A stretch of 64,000 nt of DNA from Raillietiella orientalis (taxonomy: Eukaryota). Where the stretch lies: assembly GCA_036172245.1 (NCBI GenBank), contig JAYWIR010000062.1:124001-188000 (forward strand). Reading direction: 5' to 3'. Position 1 is the stretch's first letter. Every line of letters begins with the position of its first letter. This document shows positions 58,351 through 64,000 of this stretch, one piece after another. Below the pieces are notes generated by a model. That model saw nothing but the letters and a program-made list of their open reading frames with translations. It searched no databases and had not been told where the DNA came from. Both the position numbers and the translations under genes were made by a program.

Positions 58351-59270
58351 TCCTCCTATTCCTCCTGGCGGAGTCCTGACAAGTCGAAGGGACGACTGAG
58401 GCTCTCATGAAGGCAAAGCATCCAGGAGCATCCTTCTGTGTCCCGTGGCGGCGGTCATCCTACCCTGGAAGGGGTCTTCCACTACGGAAGAACACTGTGG
58501 GTTCATCAGCTCTGCGCCTGCGAAGGGAGGAGTGGCTTGCAAAGGGCCCTCGAGTGACCAGTGGCCGACGAGAGACTTCGTTTGCTGAATGCTGGTCGCC
58601 GGAGAACTCAGTTCGTGTTGGCATGACAACTCTGAGATCACGGGGACCTCCACGAGGGGATTTTTTTTTTTTTTTTTTTCAAATGAATGACAAATAGGTG
58701 ATGAATCAGCGCTTTCCATCCTGCGTGGAGTCCATAAGGAGGGAGCGAAAGCACGCGCGGCACCTGGGGATCAGGGAGGCAGACACACCGCGCGGAGATC
58801 GGCCGGGGGGGGGGGGGGGAAGGGAATGGATGCTGCACGAGTCTAGCCAGAGACGGTGCAGGAGATCGCCACACACGAGATCTTCAGCCTCACGCGTCGC
58901 AGTAGCTGAGAACGTCCGCAGGTCGCGACGGCTTTCGGCGCTCCTCGGTCGGGCCGACGAGCCCAGCGGCGACTGCGCAATCCAGGGAAACTCTCGAACT
59001 CGCGGGCCGCCGCAGCGTTCCTCGACGGAAGGCTCGCGAAAGTGTGGCCCTTCGAAAACGGTGCCTCCGTGCCCGCCCGGCGACCAGTCCTATCCTGCCC
59101 AGCACGGGACGTTTCCAGTTCGGCACTGCCGATTCTCTGTCACTAGGCAACGAAATTGTATGGTTGGAGGAGGCGGTTTCCCGTTTGGAATTTTTCACCT
59201 CGGTCGAAGGAAAAATTTCCGATTCGCTTGGAGGGCTGGCGGGTGACCTCACTCACCGTTAGCACCGATC

Positions 59271-60788
59271 ATGCCGGCCACCACTTCCAAGCAAATCAGC
59301 TGCAACAGGCAAGAAATTCCTTCTGACCAAAAGGACGCACGCGATGAGGATTCCTCTAGCTTGTGGGAAGATGACATCCCTAAATTAGACACGCATACCA
59401 AGAAACTCGAAAAGGATCTCTCCACCTCTCACTCGGGCAGCGTGAAGGATCCCCGCGTCCAAAAATCCCCCCTCAAGTCAGTGATGGACGACGTGATCTC
59501 GAAACTCCACGAGCTGAGGAGGCAGTTCGACTCGAGCATGAAGAACTGGAGCTACACCGAACAGGAGCTGTGCGACATCGCGAGCCAGACGAAGAGCAAA
59601 ATCATAGAGCTGATCTCAAGCATACAAGCCGAGTCAGAGGAAGAGAGCAGCAACTTGGAAAAACTTTGCGTCGAAGCACATGACAGAATGACGGCAGTGC
59701 TTGAGGAAATAAACAAGAAAAGGAGATCCATCATTTTGCCTTCTGAAATCAGCCTCAGAGACGACTACGCCCAAGCGGAAGAAAACGCTCAGATAGAAAT
59801 GCACGTCAGCATTCTGGAACGCAGGATCAACCAGAAAAAGTTTCCGAGTGTGGCCGTTTCTCAAGAGAGCAATCCATGCAACGATCTGATGGAGATACAG
59901 AAAAACACAGTTGCTAAATGCGAGCACGAAGAATTGCTGTCGAGGCTCCACAGCGCTCAAGAAGAATACGTGTCTTCCGCAGAATTCGCATCCCTACTTC
60001 TTGAGAAATGCGCCATCCAAGAGAACCTCACAGACGCACAGTTCTATTCAGCTTTCACAAACGATCTCCAAACTGTTGAAAAAAATCTAAGGATATTGAG
60101 CGAATCCAAATATGAAGATTTTAAATTCAGTGATTTTCTTTCCGAGATGCAAAGAGGATTAGAAAGAATTATGTTTGAGCTGGAAACGTTCGAATGCGTG
60201 TTTGGTCTAAGAGATCCGATGAACGCTAAATCGGATCAGGAGCATCAGTTTGATCCGATCCAGAGTAATCCTGACTATCCAGTGGCTATTTCCAATTCAT
60301 TAAATCGCAAGGTTGGAGGCTTGGAAGATCTTTCTCGGTCTTTCCATATGTACAAGATTTTTTCCATAATCGAAAAGGGAATACCAAATCTTCCGAGTGA
60401 CCTTCCTAATCATGATTCGCTTTCATTACGAGTCGAGTCGAAGGATTATGAAGACATCCTTAAGTCAGTACAAATCGAAAACACGAATGCCATACTGCAG
60501 GCAAAAGAATTGTTCGCTCAACATTTGGAAACCATGATAGCCGAACATCACGACAGTCTTACGTCGCTTTGCGATAGTGTGGACTCCATGTTGCTGTCCT
60601 TCTCCCAGAAACATAAGGATAAATTGGTGACATTAATGAACAAGCTTCAAGGCCAAGCATTCAGTCAACTCAATCATTTTAGATCCGAGTCAGAGAGTGC
60701 AATAGACATGCTATTCGGAGATCTAAAAACACTGCTTGAGGATACTGCCATTAAAATTCCAAACAGTGGTCCGGAACTGAGTACATGA
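59271..60788 (+). CDS. Intronless 505-aa acidic, helical/coiled-coil-like protein of unknown family
   Basis: 1518-nt stop-free ORF in moderately AT-rich DNA, with atcATG start, E/S/L/D/K-rich protein-like composition and AATAAA at 60807-60812. No family recognised. Confidence 0.85.
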   Translation: MPATTSKQISCNRQEIPSDQKDARDEDSSSLWEDDIPKLDTHTKKLEKDLSTSHSGSVKDPRVQKSPLKSVMDDVISKLHELRRQFDSSMKNWSYTEQELCDIASQTKSKIIELISSIQAESEEESSNLEKLCVEAHDRMTAVLEEINKKRRSIILPSEISLRDDYAQAEENAQIEMHVSILERRINQKKFPSVAVSQESNPCNDLMEIQKNTVAKCEHEELLSRLHSAQEEYVSSAEFASLLLEKCAIQENLTDAQFYSAFTNDLQTVEKNLRILSESKYEDFKFSDFLSEMQRGLERIMFELETFECVFGLRDPMNAKSDQEHQFDPIQSNPDYPVAISNSLNRKVGGLEDLSRSFHMYKIFSIIEKGIPNLPSDLPNHDSLSLRVESKDYEDILKSVQIENTNAILQAKELFAQHLETMIAEHHDSLTSLCDSVDSMLLSFSQKHKDKLVTLMNKLQGQAFSQLNHFRSESESAIDMLFGDLKTLLEDTAIKIPNSGPELST

Positions 60789-60834
60789 TTATTCCGTTCG
60801 AGATACAATAAAGCAGTGTATATAAACCACTGGT

Positions 60835-60839
60835 GTATA

Positions 60840-60893
<54 letters not shown>
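60835..60893. repeat. Compound (TA)n(TG)n microsatellite
   Basis: Directly visible. Confidence 0.95.
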
Positions 60894-60894
<1 letters not shown>

Positions 60895-62015
60895 TGGGTT
60901 ATGCAAGGGAATGTATTAAAAGATATGTAAGGTTGGAGAAAGCTCTTTGTGAAATGCACTTTATAACAGAAAATGGAAATAATCAAAGCAAATATGAATC
61001 AAAAACTATCTGCTTTTTTTTATGCGCAATCGGTGTGTGTGAAGGATCCAACGATAAACTAGTTTTGGAACTGAAATTAAATATTACAAAGTTAAAAATA
61101 TTCCTAATTAGCTCGTATAGCTCACAGTGCTTTTTCCCCAAAAAATACTTTGAAAAATTTCTGCAAGATTCCACTTTCACACTCGTTATTAATTTCAAGT
61201 TTGAAAATTTCTCGTTTCTTTCAGCAGATTCTGGATTCAAGAAGTCAATGAGGCAGCTGTCCGAGCTGTCCTTTTCGATCTGGATTTATTCAGACGCATT
61301 GAATGGGTGCAAGTAAGAATGCTGATGATCCTCCTTCATCCGTTCGGCTGAACGAAATTAGCTGAATGAAAAGTTGAACACAGAAGTGGATTCGATGCCT
61401 TTATTTTTACGAAACCCGTGGAGAAAGGATCTTGTTTTCCGACGTCGGGAAGGGAGGAACGCGGGCCGTTGGCAACCCTGCGACTGGATGGTGCACTCTG
61501 CTGAGCAGGCGTTCGGGGCTGCTCGTCGAGTTGACGTCGAGGGAGGCGCATGTTGCGAAGTGTACGATTGCGGGGGACCGTTCCTGCGGGAAACGTACAT
61601 TCACTCACTCGTGTACGCCGTTCATTCCTGTAGTTAGCATCCCAGGTGGTGAAAAGTGAAGCTTCCGAAAATGTTTTGCCAGCCTTCTGGATTTTGTGCG
61701 AAACACAACGCTTGAAACATTGTGGATCTAAGTGTTGCGCGTGTGAGCACAGTGCGTGTATATAGATGTAGATATGTAAAAAATGTATGTAGCATTTATG
61801 TGTACAGTGTATAAGTAAGCAATATTGAATTAGCTAGTAGTGTGCAATCGCTTTTAAGGTACAAAATATACTGATTGAATTCTTTTAAAGCTGCACTTTG
61901 AATAGGGATTTGCCTAGCGATTCGGAAAAAGACACAGTCCTCAGTTTTGGGGGAAAAAAAAAAAAAAAAAAACACGTAGTGTTTCAGTTTTTCCGTGAGC
62001 TTAATTGAAAGCAGC

Positions 62016-63012
62016 ATGCAGAGCCCGATTCCCGAAAATGTTTTTGAGCCAGTCAGCACCACCCCGGACAGTGAAACGAAAGAGATGGCTGCTCAGGTAT
62101 TTGCTGCATCCGTTTGTGCCCAATTTCATTTGAAATTTTGATGAAACAGAAAGATGATTCATTAGACGAAATTATAAAAATCCCCCCCGATCATCACAGA
62201 TTGCAATTTATTTATTGTTTGTGGCACAGCCCCAAACCGTCAGTCAAGGGAAAGTTGCACCACCGGTTCGAAGAAAGCCTGAGAATTGTCGGCAGATTTG
62301 CAACTGTGGAACAATTCTGGGCTATATATTGCCATCTGAGAAGACCGTCCGAGTTCTTGAATTTTAACGATTTTCATTTATTTAAGAATGGCATCAAGCC
62401 AATGTGGGAGGTAAGTTGATCAGCAACTTGATTTTGATGAAATTTATGCTTGGAGATTGTGTCGCACATAAGTTGAGCATCATTGAGGAAGGATTCTTAA
62501 CTTTAGCATTGTAGAGCACAAATTTCAATTTATAGCACAGCGTGCATTTTAGGATGAAGCTAATAAAAATGGTGGTAAATGGATTGTGCGTCTTAAAAAG
62601 GGTTGTGTTTCCCAGTTTTGGGAAAACCTGATACTTGCTATTTTAGGAGAGCAGTTTTTGGTCGGTGATGAAATTTGTGGAGCAGTAGTATCCATAAGAT
62701 CACAGGTATTTCTTCCATTTAATTATTTATTACTGGAAGTAAATCTTCAGACCGATATTATATCGATCTGGAACAAAACTGCTAACAACTATGCCATAAC
62801 AGCAAGAATTCGAGATACGCTGAGAAGGATTCTGAACGTACCTCTCAGTGTTGTCTTGGAATATAGATTGCACACTGAGTATTTGAAGTGAGTAGCAACT
62901 GAATGAACTGAAAACAACTGATGCTATTATTAGCAAGCATTGCAATGTTCAAAACACAAGTACATCTGAAGAGATAAAGAAGAACAAGTGCTCAAAAACA
63001 TTTGAAACATAG
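62016..63012 (+). CDS. eIF4E2: Class II cap-binding protein eIF4E2 / 4EHP, ~236 aa
   Basis: Exons 62016-62096, 62150-62410, 62553-62705, 62751-62887, 62934-63012 (711 nt). Motifs: HRLQFIYCLW, FATVEQFW, DFHLFKNGIKPMWEDEANKNGGKWIVRLKKG, WENLILAILGEQFLVGDEICGAVVSIR, ISIWNKTA. W43 equivalent is Y and W56 equivalent is F, the class II signature. The first and last exons are less certain. Confidence 0.95.
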
Positions 63013-63103
63013 CTAGGTGAGTGGTCTGCCACAACTGGCTTTTCGTGATGCTGGATCTTCTTGAACAGGCATACAAAAACATGCTGCTTGATCTCCCAGT
63101 TAA

Positions 63104-63715
63104 TCAGTGAGTTGTGCTGCAATGAATTTGCACATGTGGATGATGATGATGTCTGCCTGTACCTGGATCCACAATATTCAGTATCCCATGAGACTGCCTC
63201 ACATGTTGTTTTTCTGAGAACAAGCCCCTTTGCATGGATGGCTTTAGAATTGGGATTTCACAGTCGCTGCACTCTTCCATGGCAGAACTGTGTGTCTCGG
63301 AATTCTCACTTTCTTGAATCCATGCATTATCTGCAGTCAACAGAGACTTTATAGGTGTTTCTGCCAAAACTGTTTCATTATTGTCGTCTTCATTGGGTCT
63401 TTGAAGATCACACGATGACTGTGCAGAAGGATCTCCTGATTCTGGGTTTTTGCCATGCGTGACGTCCAGGGTGTCTGCTGCTTCTGCCCTTTTCAGTTGT
63501 AAATCTAGAAGATCTGCACCGCAGAGGTTGCAAGCACGTTTTCTACTAAAGTAATTTATACAGTGACAGAGATTTGTGTTACATATCATCAGATCGTTAT
63601 CTAATCAACGTAACGGAAAGAGCCCTCACGTTTTACTGCCCTGTCGATTTCACTTCTCTCTGCTTCATTCCATTTCCTGTGCTCTTCTTGCTCTGCCTTA
63701 ATACCGCCAGCAGCC
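63104..63715 (-). CDS. DNAAF1: Probable 3' exons of dynein axonemal assembly factor 1 (DNAAF1/LRRC50); 5' part outside window
   Basis: Exon 63715-63630 reads (W)AAGGIKAEQEEHRKWNEAERSEIDRAVK, resembling the post-LRR motif W.RGG..AE.EER..W...ER..I..S of DNAAF1. It splices in frame to 63504 (HLQLKRAEAAD..., low-complexity acidic tail). The 3' end is uncertain: stop at 63104 or further splicing at 63202. Confidence 0.6.
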
Positions 63716-64000
63716 CTAGACGCAGAAACAAAGGATCAGGGTGGGCGCATTTACTGCCCGTGCATCCGTTAACCGCAACTTCAGCAAGATCAAAAGAGAC
63801 GGTTACGAAACGGGCACGGAAATGTTGGCCGATGACCCCCGTAATAGTAGTGCCAGTATATTAGGTCACGATGTAAGATTTGATTTATTAAATTCGATCT
63901 TGAAATTTTCCAGTTTTCATTTGTGCCTACGTTGCCAAAAGGCGAGTTGAGCTTTCCAGGTGGGTTTCAAGAGGTGAAAACGGAACCTCCAAGCGGTCGC

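Noticed and set aside
62411..62552. H/ACA snoRNA in the longer eIF4E2 intron
   Set aside because: One plausible hairpin (atgctt/gagcat) but no convincing H box or second hairpin; needs snoGPS/Infernal.
63860..63900. Kinase-like QILHRDL on the minus strand
   Set aside because: No KPxN/DFG continuation and the frame closes shortly after; probably intronic to the DNAAF1-like gene.
1..64000. Prokaryotic systems (CRISPR arrays, operons, retrons/DGRs linked to the RT)
   Set aside because: All genes are spliceosomal-intron-containing metazoan genes, no regularly spaced repeats were seen, and the RT is a broken non-LTR retrotransposon.

Overview
This window is eukaryotic (metazoan) genomic DNA, almost certainly from an arthropod, probably pancrustacean/hexapod-like given a head-to-head Fer1HCH/Fer2LCH pair and a CalpC-type calpain. 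The species cannot be called. The ORF track is mostly GC-driven noise, and the real genes are spliced. I assembled them by hand from GT-AG sites: the 5' part of slowpoke/BK channel (-), a secreted ferritin light-chain homolog (-) facing away from a secreted ferritin heavy-chain homolog (+), Sec31 (+, 17 exons), a catalytically dead calpain C (-, 15 exons, one intron with a U12-type donor), an intronless 505-aa orphan (+), eIF4E2/4EHP (+) and probable 3' exons of DNAAF1/LRRC50 (-). The window alternates sharply between AT-rich housekeeping blocks with mostly 37-60 nt micro-introns (CpG-poor in Sec31) and very GC/CpG-rich blocks. The GC-rich blocks hold decayed retroelements: a Tx1/L1-like LINE, a Gypsy-like pol relic, two copies of a tRNA-derived SINE and a duplicated gag-like relic. 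I found no CRISPR array, rRNA or intact tRNA, and I cannot demonstrate a wholly new system. The best leads are the rewired, apparently IRE-less ferritin pair, the U12-type intron, splice acceptors just before nearly every start codon (possible SL trans-splicing), a duplicated hairpin-polyT-hairpin element and the orphan ORF.
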